This document shows, piece by piece, positions 1 to 9,751 of a DNA stretch of 64,000 nucleotides. Numbering within the stretch: the stretch's first letter is position 1; every line of letters begins with the position of its first letter. The translations under genes and the position numbers were made by a program. The stretch lies in contig MGDH01000022.1 in the NCBI GenBank assembly GCA_001790855.1, positions 7,116 to 71,115 on the forward strand, read 5' to 3'. The notes under the pieces are model-generated. The model was given only the letters and a program-made list of their open reading frames with translations, was not told where the DNA came from and made no database searches. The stretch is from Candidatus Schekmanbacteria bacterium RIFCSPLOWO2_02_FULL_38_14 (GTDB taxonomy: Bacteria; Schekmanbacteria; GWA2-38-11).

Positions 1-1185
1 ACGGTAGCTATTTTTCTTTCTGTTATAATTATCTGCCTGCTTAACTACTCGAATGATATCAAAGTTGGAGTTGCAATAGCTTCTATAACTATCGCAATTT
101 CTGCTTTTGAAACTCTCAGAATCTTATTTCAAATATACTTAAAAATGGAATATCAGGCTGTGATTGATATTGTAAGCAAGATTGTTTTTTTAGGGCTTGT
201 ATTAGGAACTATATTTTATGCAAAAAATTTATATTTTATAATAGCTAGTTTTGTTCTTTCATCCATCATTAGCTTAATCCTCACTATCTATTTTTCTTTC
301 AAATTTATAAAACCCAAGTTTAAAATTCATTTACAATTATGGCCAAATTTACTCAAAGAAGTGCTGCCATTAGGAATATCTTTAATATTAACAATTATAT
401 ATGGAAGAATTGATATCATAATGTTATCTTTAATGAAAAGCAACGAGGATGTCGGGCTTTACAATCTTGCATACAAATTTATTGAACTTTTAACACTTTT
501 AGTTCCCGGTACTATTATGGTATCAATATTTCCAATAATGTCAGAGCAATTTAAAACGAATAAAAATAGCCTTCAGGGTCTTATCCAAAAAACTTTTGAT
601 ATTATGATAATTGTTTCAGTATTTATTGCGATTGAAACAATACTTTCCGCTGAAAAGATTATTTTAATCCTTGGAGGAGAAAATTTTAAAAACTCAACAT
701 CAGCTTTACAAATCCTAATCATGGGAACTGTATTTATTTTCATAGGTAATATATTTGGTTTTTTATTAATATCTGCAGGAATGCAGAGGTTGAATTTAAT
801 AACCGATTTTATCGGAAGTGTTTTAAATATATCTCTAAACCTTTACTTAATATCTAAATTTAGCTTTATAGGAGCTTCAGTTTCAACAGTATTGACACAA
901 GCAGTCGTACTGGTCATTGCTATGATATTTGTTAATAAATTTATAAATATCAAAATCAGCTTTCGAATTTTAAAAAAAATTATATTCATTTCTATTTTAA
1001 TTTATGCTGAAATACTCTTTCTTGAATTTTTTGAAATCAATACATACACAACTATAATAATAAGCTCCTTAACCTATTTTTTGTTAGTATTTCTCTTTAA
1101 ATGTTTTCTTCTTGAAGAATTAAGGCAGATTATGAAAGAAGGGCTTAATAGGCTGGGTTTTAAAGAGTTTTTTGACAAACAATAG
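1..1185 (+). CDS. Polysaccharide biosynthesis/export flippase (Wzx/MOP-superfamily-like multi-TM protein), 5' end truncated by window edge
   Basis: The frame of the 145..1185 ORF stays open back to nt 1, with no stop in the 48 upstream codons. Product is a highly hydrophobic multi-TM protein with the composition typical of O-antigen/EPS flippases. It sits in a glycosyltransferase-rich locus. Confidence 0.55.
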   Translation, partial: TVAIFLSVIIICLLNYSNDIKVGVAIASITIAISAFETLRILFQIYLKMEYQAVIDIVSKIVFLGLVLGTIFYAKNLYFIIASFVLSSIISLILTIYFSFKFIKPKFKIHLQLWPNLLKEVLPLGISLILTIIYGRIDIIMLSLMKSNEDVGLYNLAYKFIELLTLLVPGTIMVSIFPIMSEQFKTNKNSLQGLIQKTFDIMIIVSVFIAIETILSAEKIILILGGENFKNSTSALQILIMGTVFIFIGNIFGFLLISAGMQRLNLITDFIGSVLNISLNLYLISKFSFIGASVSTVLTQAVVLVIAMIFVNKFINIKISFRILKKIIFISILIYAEILFLEFFEINTYTTIIISSLTYFLLVFLFKCFLLEELRQIMKEGLNRLGFKEFFDKQ

Positions 1186-1192
1186 AGGATTC

Positions 1193-2315
1193 TGGACTGC
1201 ACCCTTTGGACTGGAGGCTTAACCGTGTAGTTTTAGGGTGACCCGTCCGAGCAATTGTTTTCTGTTTTTGTCGAGCAATATAGCTTCAAACTCTTCCGGT
1301 GGCAAGTACTGAATTCCTGAATGAACTCGCTTTCTGTTGTAGACCTTTTCTATAAACTCAGGAATGCGTTCCACGACATCCGTAAAAGTCTCATATTCCC
1401 ATAAGCACACCTCCTCGTTTTTTAATGTTTTAAAGAATGACTCAGCATAGGCATTATCATAGGGGTTGCCCTTAGCCAACATGCTGATGAGAATCTAGTT
1501 CCCTGACGTAATCTCTGCAGGCATACTGGACTCCTTGAGCAGAGTGATGGATCAACCCACATCCTTTATCTCCATCCCTCTGAGAAGATTGGGATATATG
1601 TGGAAGGAATGCTCAGAATCGGTTGTCTGGATGAACCGCCTCTTGATATGCCGGAACAGGTCATACTTGTGCATAACCCTCAAAATGCGTTTTCCATTCA
1701 CCCGAAGACCGTAACGAAGCCAAAGCTGGGCTCTCAATGTCCGATACCCCCAACACAAGTAATTTGCCTGTAAAGTCCTCAATCTTATCCCGCAGGTCTG
1801 CATCCACCCGTTCCCTGTCTTTCCGGCATACCTTTGGATTGTAGTAATACGTAGACTCGCTCAGTCCGATCATTTTGCACCCCTCCCTGACTGACCCACA
1901 ATCTCCCCAGTGACAACGCACCCACAGGACCTTCTCATGGATGGATAAGTCTTGTTGAGTTTTTTTAAAAGCTCATTCTGGATGGTCAGCTCTCCAACCT
2001 TCTTCTTGTAACGGTCAAGCTCCTTCTCAAGCTGACGCTCACGGGCAGTGGGACTTGACTGCATCCTGCCTTAGTAAATCTGCTTTTGCCAACAGTTTAT
2101 CAAAGAAGGGGAAATGTCATTCTCTCTCCCAGCCGCTGCCTTGCTGATAGCCCCACTGTCTATCTGGGATACCAGCGACCTCTTGAACTCCTCGCTGAAT
2201 TGACGGTACTTCTTCATCTGTCCGACTCCTTTCTGGAAGATCTTTGCCTCTTCCTCTGTCGAACAAACAACCTAATTCTTAATGCCAAATACTCCAACTA
2301 CAGGGGTGCACTCCA
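1193..2315 (-). mobile_element. Degenerate IS3-family insertion sequence (about 1.1 kb) with imperfect terminal inverted repeats TGGACTGCACCC / GGGTGCACTCCA
   Basis: OrfA- and OrfB-like fragments lie on the minus strand. Left end TGGACTGCACCC (1193..1204) matches the reverse complement of the right end (2304..2315) at 11 of 12 positions. IS3-family ends begin with TG. Confidence 0.65.
1219..2217 (-). pseudogene. IS3-family transposase OrfA/OrfB, disrupted by several frameshifts
   Basis: The HTH N-terminus MKKYRQFSEEFKRSLVSQIDSG is at 2071..2217 (-). The leucine-zipper segment ...RERQLEKELDRYKKKVGELTIQNELLKKL is at 1870..2064. The integrase-core N-terminus ...LSESTYYYNP... and ...WGYRTLRAQLWLRYGLRVNGKRILRVM are at 1552..1921. 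The C-terminus NPYDNAYAESFFKTLKNEEV...RVHSGIQYLPPEEFE is at 1219..1482. The pieces are in different frames, so the gene is inactivated. Confidence 0.7.
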
Positions 2316-2547
2316 CTCTTTGAGAAAGAACAAAACCCTGAACCCTGTCAATTTAGTCTAACCTGAGATTACAGACAGAGGGGTTTACTCCAGACTGAAG
2401 ATTAATATTCATAATATTTTATGTATAGTTAGGTTCGGAAGGTTTTTTATTTGTCAATAATTATTAAGAATGTTATATGATTACTAAAATATTATTAATA
2501 TTTGAAGGCTTTCATCCTTTCTAATATGGATTTGATTTTAAAAACTT

Positions 2548-3681
2548 ATGATAAAATTAAAAATATTTTTTGACTGGTTACAGGTGTTTTTGTTTTCAAT
2601 TATAATCTTCTTAACAATACCGTATACTCCTCTCTTGTGGAAGGTTTTATCTCAGGATCAGAAATCTTTTGTAATTTTTGGAATTTATCTATTGTCTTTT
2701 TCATTTATATTTTCAATCTTAATTTATCTTTTTTTCTACAAAAAAGAAAGAATGCTATTGCCTTATTTGTGGCTTTTAATAATTGCTTTTTTATATATTT
2801 TATTACTTAAGAATCTGAATGAATTTCCAGTTGAAAAGATTCATCTTGTAGAATACGGCATATTAGGATTACTTACATTTAAAGCATTAAAAAATAGTAT
2901 AAAAGATTTAACTGTCTATATATTGTCATTTGTAATTACATTTTATGTAGGGATGTTTGATGAAGTAATTCAATGGATAGTCCCTAATAGAGTTGGTACG
3001 ATTGAAGATGTTTGGCTCAATGTAAAAAGCAGTCTATTAATTTTGATGTTAATAGGATTAGTAATAAAACCTAAAGAAATTACAACAAATATGCATTTAA
3101 GGGATTTAAAAAGAACATATATTCCAATTTCACTGGCTGTAATAGTCACTGGAATATTTATAAACACTATTCACGGATTTGGTTTTAGAATTGAGGTAAA
3201 TGATTATATTGAAGCCTATTCTCGCTTTTCAAAAACAGAGCTAAGATTAATTAATAACTTGCTTAAAAATGATTCATTTTTGCTGGAATCAACTGCTAAA
3301 AAGTTTGAGAGCGTTGATGTATTAAATTTGAAGATCCTTTCAGAAGATGGTAAAAGATTAACTTTTTTTAAAGAAGCTGCTGACCATAAATGGGAAAGAG
3401 ATCACTCCTTTTCTAAAAAAAGATTTATTAAGAGCCTGAATGAACAAATTATACTCATGAATTATTATTCTTCCCTTTTTTATTTTGATTTTTTTAAATG
3501 GAGCGATGGGAAAAAAATATTTGTTGAAAGGTTTTTTCAGAATGAATTGTCAGAAAAGAGAATTTATAAAAGCCCTGTTTGCGGTATTTTGATAACTGAA
3601 TTTTCAAAACTGCATATGTGGGTATTTATTATTTTTACAACTGTAATCTTTACTATTTTATTTATTAAAACCAAGGGATGA
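2548..3681 (+). CDS. VanZ-like membrane protein with C-terminal extension of unknown function
   Basis: Multi-TM N-terminus. VanZ-like motif FDEVIQWIVPNRVGTIEDVWLNVKSS (D-E-x-x-Q...R...D...N). Confidence 0.4.
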   Translation: MIKLKIFFDWLQVFLFSIIIFLTIPYTPLLWKVLSQDQKSFVIFGIYLLSFSFIFSILIYLFFYKKERMLLPYLWLLIIAFLYILLLKNLNEFPVEKIHLVEYGILGLLTFKALKNSIKDLTVYILSFVITFYVGMFDEVIQWIVPNRVGTIEDVWLNVKSSLLILMLIGLVIKPKEITTNMHLRDLKRTYIPISLAVIVTGIFINTIHGFGFRIEVNDYIEAYSRFSKTELRLINNLLKNDSFLLESTAKKFESVDVLNLKILSEDGKRLTFFKEAADHKWERDHSFSKKRFIKSLNEQIILMNYYSSLFYFDFFKWSDGKKIFVERFFQNELSEKRIYKSPVCGILITEFSKLHMWVFIIFTTVIFTILFIKTKG

Positions 3682-3787
3682 TGTTATTAGGCAGATTAGA
3701 AGTAAATTACCACATGCTTCCGCACAGGGTATTCAGGTTGTTTCTTTCATAAAAATAAAATTATAGAAAATATTTTCAGTTGTAATG

Positions 3788-5707
3788 TCAATTTATGTAA
3801 CCTAGAGCTTTCAATTTTTCCATCATTATCTCATCCTTTATTAAGTTTTCATTCTCTTTTTTGAACAGATTTTTTGGATTATAGTTTGTATCATAGGTTT
3901 CTATTGTTGTTGGAGGATATTTTGAGAGCAAATCCTTGTCAATTATTTCAGTTAATACTTTGCCATCCATATCCTTTCCAATTGGCAAACCTAAAAGATA
4001 TAAAATTGTAGGAGTTATATCATAAATAGTCGGGATTTGACTGTGGAAGGTACCAGAAATATTCTTGCCACTTGCTATAAAAATCCCATCAGAACCAATT
4101 TCATGTCCACCAGATATATTATTAGAAAAAAAATTAAATATTGGTTCGTGGCCATGATCTGAAATTACAAAAAAAGTTGTATTAGCATCTTTATACTGCA
4201 ATAAATCTCCTACATATTCATCTACTTGCTGATAATAATCATATATTAAATTTTCATATTTCTTTTTTTCTACTTTATTTACCCATGGGAATTTATCTAT
4301 GTCAGTATATTTCCAAAAATGGTGCTCAAAATCATCTGTTCCTCTGAAATATAGAGCAAAGAAATCTATATTATTAGATGCTGCAAGTAATCGTTTTGCA
4401 ATGTTGAAATAGATATTTTCTGATGTATAAGTATACTTTACATAAGATGATACAAAGTTACGCTTTTTAATTTCAGGTGAAATGTAAGATGTTATATTGT
4501 CAGAAATTTCACGGCATAAGTTAGTTGGATAAATTAAATCTTCTCTATAGCATTGATATTTATTTAAATCATTTTCATAGTCTCCAGTATTTAAAAGGAA
4601 TCTGTCAGATATAAAATAACCATTAATTATTTCTGCTGGATAGGAGAAAAACCAATTCGCCATTAAGACTTTTTTCTTATTTTGTGTGAGTATATTCCAA
4701 ATAGCAGGAGTTTTTCTATAAATAGGATTTATAGGATATACTCTTGTTAATCCTGTAAACTTGAGATATTGTAGTTTGCCAAATATCCCTTCTTGGAAAA
4801 CTTGACACAATGGCTTGCTTACACCGTTAAGTGATATTAATATAAAGGATTTTATTCCGTGTTTCTTAGGATTTTTACCAGTAGCGATTGAAGTCCATAA
4901 GATTGGAGACTCTGTAGGTATTGAAGTTTTAATATGACTTCTAACGCCATTATCAATAAGTCTTTTTAAGTTATTTAATCCTCCCCTTTTTATCATTGGG
5001 TCTATAATATCCCATGTTGCTCCATCTACACCTATAAGAAAGACCTTGTTTTCAGAAAAAGAATCTCTCACTTTTATTTTTTCAGTTGGTATTGTATTAA
5101 CTGATATTTTAGACCTATTATAAAAGATTGGGGAAACAAGAAATAAGATATAAGCAAAAACAATTATAGTGATAATTATAACTGGATTTAATACCTCATG
5201 AGATTTTCTAAGAATGTTTAAATATATGGTTGCAGATAATTTTGCAAGGATAATTGAAATTATTGCTGATACAATGACAGCACACCACATTAATATTGCC
5301 ATTTTCCAGTAGTTGTCAGCAAATGGGAAGACAGAGTAATAAGAATAAGCACGAATAAATTTATTCAGAAATTGGGAAAAAAGAATCAGAGAGAAAATAA
5401 TCAAAAACACAGATTGCTTAAATGGTTTTTTAATAATAAATGATGGCTTGATGAATAGAAGTGAGACATATATTCCACTAAAAATGACAGTCCCTGCGAT
5501 AGATATAAGAATAGTGTAAAGTAGTATCATGTACAGAGAAATCACAAAAGCATCTGAAAAAGATATGATTCTGTCGTTAAGGAGAATGGTGCCGGCTGTA
5601 ACTAGAACACCATCTAAAAAGCCAATGAGAAACAATGGTATAATTAGCCCTTTTAATTCTGAAAAGAATGTTGTATTAAGTGAATTATTTTTAGTTGTAT
5701 CAGTCAT
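3788..5707 (-). CDS. Membrane-anchored alkaline-phosphatase-superfamily protein (type I phosphodiesterase/nucleotide pyrophosphatase-like)
   Basis: An N-terminal region of about 230 aa with multiple TM helices precedes the FLIGVDGATWDIIDPMIKRGGLNNLKRL...SIPTESPILWTSIATGKNPKKHGI signature of the AlkP/PF01663 fold. The metal-binding ISDHGH segment is present later in the protein. Confidence 0.55.
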   Translation of the reverse strand: MTDTTKNNSLNTTFFSELKGLIIPLFLIGFLDGVLVTAGTILLNDRIISFSDAFVISLYMILLYTILISIAGTVIFSGIYVSLLFIKPSFIIKKPFKQSVFLIIFSLILFSQFLNKFIRAYSYYSVFPFADNYWKMAILMWCAVIVSAIISIILAKLSATIYLNILRKSHEVLNPVIIITIIVFAYILFLVSPIFYNRSKISVNTIPTEKIKVRDSFSENKVFLIGVDGATWDIIDPMIKRGGLNNLKRLIDNGVRSHIKTSIPTESPILWTSIATGKNPKKHGIKSFILISLNGVSKPLCQVFQEGIFGKLQYLKFTGLTRVYPINPIYRKTPAIWNILTQNKKKVLMANWFFSYPAEIINGYFISDRFLLNTGDYENDLNKYQCYREDLIYPTNLCREISDNITSYISPEIKKRNFVSSYVKYTYTSENIYFNIAKRLLAASNNIDFFALYFRGTDDFEHHFWKYTDIDKFPWVNKVEKKKYENLIYDYYQQVDEYVGDLLQYKDANTTFFVISDHGHEPIFNFFSNNISGGHEIGSDGIFIASGKNISGTFHSQIPTIYDITPTILYLLGLPIGKDMDGKVLTEIIDKDLLSKYPPTTIETYDTNYNPKNLFKKENENLIKDEIMMEKLKALGYIN

Positions 5708-5788
5708 AATCTAGCTTAGAAAATTCATTAGATGATTTAAAAGACTTGGTTATGCTTAAGCGATATTAAATATACAGATAGTCGAAAA

Positions 5789-7399
5789 TCAGAAAATTGT
5801 ATTATTTATTTTCCAGATTATAAACATTGTTTTTCTTCCAAAATGATTATACTCTTTTGAACGATAAATTTCATCAGATTTTTTTAATGTCAATGTTCCA
5901 CCAAATACATCATATAAATGGCTAAAACTTTTAAAAAGATATTTATCATAATTTCCACTTCTAACATCAGGGTTGTCCCAAAAAGCATGGTGTACAAAAT
6001 ATTTTATATTTTTTTCTCTGATATAGTCAAGAAACTTTCCCTCCTTGAGATAGTCCTGAAACTCAAAATTGTTAATGACACCATCAATATTTACAATTCT
6101 TCTATTTGAAAAATAGGAGATAATTCCAGCATCCTCAAGCATGAAAATGTCATCAGGGGAGGTATTCTCCTTAATCCAGAGAGCTTCCCTGTAACCTTCG
6201 TACTGAAATCTATTCTCAACAGATCTTTTTACAGAAGCAAACTGAGCTAATAATGCAAGTATGATGAGAAGTGATGCTAAGAAAAAAGATGGTTGTTTGA
6301 TGCCAGGAAAATAGTGCTGAAGTTTTTCCTCTGCTGCACGGATGATAAGAGGCATGACTAAGAGGAGAAAAACAGTATATCCTGCAAAATGCCATCTAAA
6401 AACTGCCCATTTCATAAAGAGGAGTGTATCAAAAAAATGTATTATTACATAAATAGCAAGAACTATCAATACAGCTCTGTATTCTATGTTTGGAGCTAAG
6501 TTTTTTATTGCCTTATTTTTGAATAGTGTAAGAACAAAAAACCCAATTGCAATAAAAAAAATAACAGAAAAATCAATAAACTGATAAAAGTATTCAGGGC
6601 TAAATGATGGGGTAGGAAAGGAATGTTTCAGACTTCCGCTAATGGGGGTTATATGCCCGAATGAGGAGTAATTCCATGCAAGATAAGGGAGGGGGATGAA
6701 AGATGCTGGAATAAAGATGGTAAGAATCTTTTTTAAGTATGTTCCTATTTTCTGCCGTGTTTCTGGTATCAAGACATTGTTTTGAATATTGAATGTTAGG
6801 TAGGATACTATTGATATAAAGTAAAAGATAGAGTCAAGTCTTGCGAGAAAAATGAGAGTGAGAATTATTCCAAAAATGAGGTTTTTCCTGAAATTCCCAT
6901 GAGAAGTCAGAATACAGTGGTTCAAACAGTAGTTTACTGATAATAGCAAAAGGAATATAAGCAGGCCTGCCTCAAGGCCATATTCGGTTTGGCTTAAGAA
7001 ACGAGGCCACATAAATATGGCAAGGGTAACAATAGGATATGGGGATCCGAACTCTCTGTAGAGAATCTTTCCTAAAAGAAATATTATGGCTCCAAGAATT
7101 ACTGCCTGAAGCGTCATAACAAAGTGTATTGAGAGTTCTTCGTTGCCATTTGTCAGATAAAATATTGGGAGGATTGAAAACATCCAAAGAGGATGATACC
7201 CGTTTGTTTTGTTTATTCCGTCAAAAGTAGATGTATGTTCTTTTACAATATTCTGAGTTGTCTTAAAATAATAGAATGCATCATCTACAACTCTTCCAAG
7301 GATAAAGCTCATGTCAAGCCATGAGAATATTAAACGAGTTCCGATGACTATAAATGCTAAAATAAAAAAAAGCTTGTTTTTGCTATATAATGTTTCCAT
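5789..7399 (-). CDS. GT-C fold membrane glycosyltransferase (ArnT/PMT-like), putative
   Basis: More than ten predicted TM helices. Conserved acidic loop motif RVVDDAFYYF sits after TM1, as in GT39/GT83 enzymes. A C-terminal soluble domain is present. Confidence 0.4.
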   Translation of the reverse strand: METLYSKNKLFFILAFIVIGTRLIFSWLDMSFILGRVVDDAFYYFKTTQNIVKEHTSTFDGINKTNGYHPLWMFSILPIFYLTNGNEELSIHFVMTLQAVILGAIIFLLGKILYREFGSPYPIVTLAIFMWPRFLSQTEYGLEAGLLIFLLLLSVNYCLNHCILTSHGNFRKNLIFGIILTLIFLARLDSIFYFISIVSYLTFNIQNNVLIPETRQKIGTYLKKILTIFIPASFIPLPYLAWNYSSFGHITPISGSLKHSFPTPSFSPEYFYQFIDFSVIFFIAIGFFVLTLFKNKAIKNLAPNIEYRAVLIVLAIYVIIHFFDTLLFMKWAVFRWHFAGYTVFLLLVMPLIIRAAEEKLQHYFPGIKQPSFFLASLLIILALLAQFASVKRSVENRFQYEGYREALWIKENTSPDDIFMLEDAGIISYFSNRRIVNIDGVINNFEFQDYLKEGKFLDYIREKNIKYFVHHAFWDNPDVRSGNYDKYLFKSFSHLYDVFGGTLTLKKSDEIYRSKEYNHFGRKTMFIIWKINNTIF

Positions 7400-7657
7400 T
7401 TAAACAAGAATATTATCTATAGACATAATATTATATTAAATTTTTTAATTATATCATTGCTTTTCCTGAAGTAGCAATATCATTATTTAAGATACCTATT
7501 TTGAAATTTGACTTAAATTAATGTCATTTAAAAAGTAAATTGATAAGTTTAATGTGAATATATTTTAAAGCTTAAACATTTTTAACGAAAAAATAAGAAA
7601 ATACTCATTGTCAGTTTGATATTTATCAAATTTTTCCACAAAATTATTATGTGAGAC

Positions 7658-8617
7658 ATGAACATAATTATAAAAAAAATTATAAAAGAAACTTTTAGCT
7701 TTTTTGTTTTTTACTCAGGAATTCTTTCTATATATCGTTTTTTAAGAAAAAAAAAGATAACAATATTAAATTATCATGATATTAAAGGTGAGGATTTTGA
7801 AAGACATGTGAAATATTTAATAAGGCATTTTGATATTATTCCTCTCGGTGAATGTGTGGATTGTCTGAATGAGGGTAAGGAAAAGAGCAATAGCCTTGTA
7901 ATTACTTTTGACGATGGCTATAAGTTATTCTATAAAGAAATATTTCCTATACTTAAAAAATATAGTATTCCTGCGACTGTTTTTATAGCAACCGATTATG
8001 TGGGTTCAAGTAAGCTTTTCTGGTTTGATTTGCTAAAACTATATTTCGAAGAAAAAGGTGTTGAAGCCTTCAAAAAAAAATTGGAGAATATAAGAGGAGA
8101 TTTTGATTCAGTAGTTAGCTCTCTAAATCAGTTAGGAGAAGATGAAAAGAGGAGAAAAATCGTAGAAATTATAGAAGGATATGAAATAGATCATGAGAAT
8201 AATAACAAAGCAGCAAATTATCGTATCCTGAACTGGAAAGAGATAAAGGAGATGGCAGGAGGTCTTATTTGTTTTGGTGCCCATACAATGAGCCATCCAA
8301 TACTGACCAAAATTTCACTTGATAGAGCACGAGAGGAAATTTTTGGTTCAAAGGATATATTAGAAAGGCAACTTGAAGTAGAGATAAAATTCTTTGCCTA
8401 TCCCAATGGAGACGTTACTGATTTTGATGATAATATAATCAAAATTGTTAAAAAAGCAGGTTTTTCCTCTGCCCTTACTACAATTGACGGAAATTGCAAA
8501 ATCGGGGATGATTTGTTCATATTAAAGAGAAAGGTGATAGATGGGAAATTTAGTATACCATGTCTTGCAGCTAAGATAGCAGGGTTGTGGGTTTCATTGA
8601 CAAGAAAAGGCATATAA
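7658..8617 (+). CDS. Polysaccharide deacetylase (NodB homology / CE4 family)
   Basis: Motifs VITFDDGYK, TVFIATDYVG and LICFGAHTMSHPIL...FFAYPNGD are typical of the CE4 catalytic domain. Confidence 0.75.
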   Translation: MNIIIKKIIKETFSFFVFYSGILSIYRFLRKKKITILNYHDIKGEDFERHVKYLIRHFDIIPLGECVDCLNEGKEKSNSLVITFDDGYKLFYKEIFPILKKYSIPATVFIATDYVGSSKLFWFDLLKLYFEEKGVEAFKKKLENIRGDFDSVVSSLNQLGEDEKRRKIVEIIEGYEIDHENNNKAANYRILNWKEIKEMAGGLICFGAHTMSHPILTKISLDRAREEIFGSKDILERQLEVEIKFFAYPNGDVTDFDDNIIKIVKKAGFSSALTTIDGNCKIGDDLFILKRKVIDGKFSIPCLAAKIAGLWVSLTRKGI

Positions 8618-8622
8618 GTAGA

Positions 8623-9720
8623 ATGAATAAAAAATATAACTATAATTTAAGAAAATATAAAAAAGAAGACATGAAAGAAATTTTTGAACTCATGAGATTT
8701 ATCTATCCAGAAGAAAAATATAATAATTTTATTCATCGAAGGAGAAAAATGTGGGAGTGGGAGTTCTTGGAAAATCCTTTGATAAAAAAAGGGGAGGAAA
8801 AAATTTGGGTTGCTGAAGATAGCGGAAAAATTATAGGACATGTTGCAACTATGCCAGTGAAGTTGAAATGTGATGACAAATATTACATTGCCCATTTTGC
8901 AATGGATTTAATAGTTGATAGTGCTTATAGAGGGAAAGGTATTGGACAGGGTTTAATGGAAGCTTGGAGAGATAGTAGCGAAATAGCTATTGGACTTGGC
9001 TTAACTCCTGCGGTCTTACCAATCTATTATAAGTTGGGATGGAAAGTTTTTAATACAAAAAAGGTATTGGTAAAGGTATTTAAAAGTAGAAAAATTTTGA
9101 AAAAATTAATAAAAAAAGAAAATATTTTATTGAGAACTGGAGAAAAACTAATTAATTCTGGATTAAAGGCTTTTAACTTCGTTTTGAGTAAGCCTTTAAA
9201 AGTAGATTGGAAGAGTATTTTTGAAATTTATGAATTTGATTCAAAGATTGATATTTTTTGGGAAAAAGTAAAGGATGATTATAACATTGCTTTGAGAAAG
9301 AGTAAGGATTATTTAAATTGGAAATATACCAATCATCCCTATTACCAGTATAAAAAGTTTTATTATATGGGAAAGGATGGAATTAAAGGATATGTAGTTT
9401 TAAGGGAATCAGAGGAAGAGGGTTATTGCGAAGGGCATATTGTAGATATGATGACAAGAGCAGATGATTTTAAATCGATGGGTTTAATGGTAGCATGGAT
9501 AATTGATTATTTTAGAAAAAATGGAGTAGAATGTATTTACTTTATGACCACATGTGCAAATCAGAGAAAAGTGCTTTTAAGGAATGGATTTTTACCTCTT
9601 AAGAGAGGTCCTGTTTTTTCTGTCTATTCCCACGATAAAGATTTGCTTAAAAGATTATGGAGTTTTAACGATTGGTTTCTAACCAAAGATTCTTCGGATT
9701 TAGAAATATCTTACATTTAA
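8623..9720 (+). CDS. GNAT-fold acyltransferase (FemAB/GNAT-like), start adjusted to second Met
   Basis: HFAMDLIVDSAYRGKGIGQGLMEAW resembles the GNAT acyl-CoA binding motif. The ORF is longer than a minimal GNAT, so it is Fem-like. An upstream in-frame Met at 8587 would overlap the deacetylase gene, so the start at 8623 is preferred. Confidence 0.5.
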   Translation: MNKKYNYNLRKYKKEDMKEIFELMRFIYPEEKYNNFIHRRRKMWEWEFLENPLIKKGEEKIWVAEDSGKIIGHVATMPVKLKCDDKYYIAHFAMDLIVDSAYRGKGIGQGLMEAWRDSSEIAIGLGLTPAVLPIYYKLGWKVFNTKKVLVKVFKSRKILKKLIKKENILLRTGEKLINSGLKAFNFVLSKPLKVDWKSIFEIYEFDSKIDIFWEKVKDDYNIALRKSKDYLNWKYTNHPYYQYKKFYYMGKDGIKGYVVLRESEEEGYCEGHIVDMMTRADDFKSMGLMVAWIIDYFRKNGVECIYFMTTCANQRKVLLRNGFLPLKRGPVFSVYSHDKDLLKRLWSFNDWFLTKDSSDLEISYI

Positions 9721-9751
9721 TCCCCTTTGTAAAAGAGCCAACTTCCAGTTT

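Noticed and set aside
2086-2361. 91-aa plus-strand ORF
   Set aside because: It lies antisense to the IS3 OrfA N-terminal fragment and continues across the IS right end. It has no motif and is almost certainly spurious.
8587-8622. Longer N-terminus for the GNAT/Fem-like gene (start at 8587)
   Set aside because: It would overlap the deacetylase gene by 31 nt. The downstream Met at 8623 gives a clean junction, but this is uncertain.
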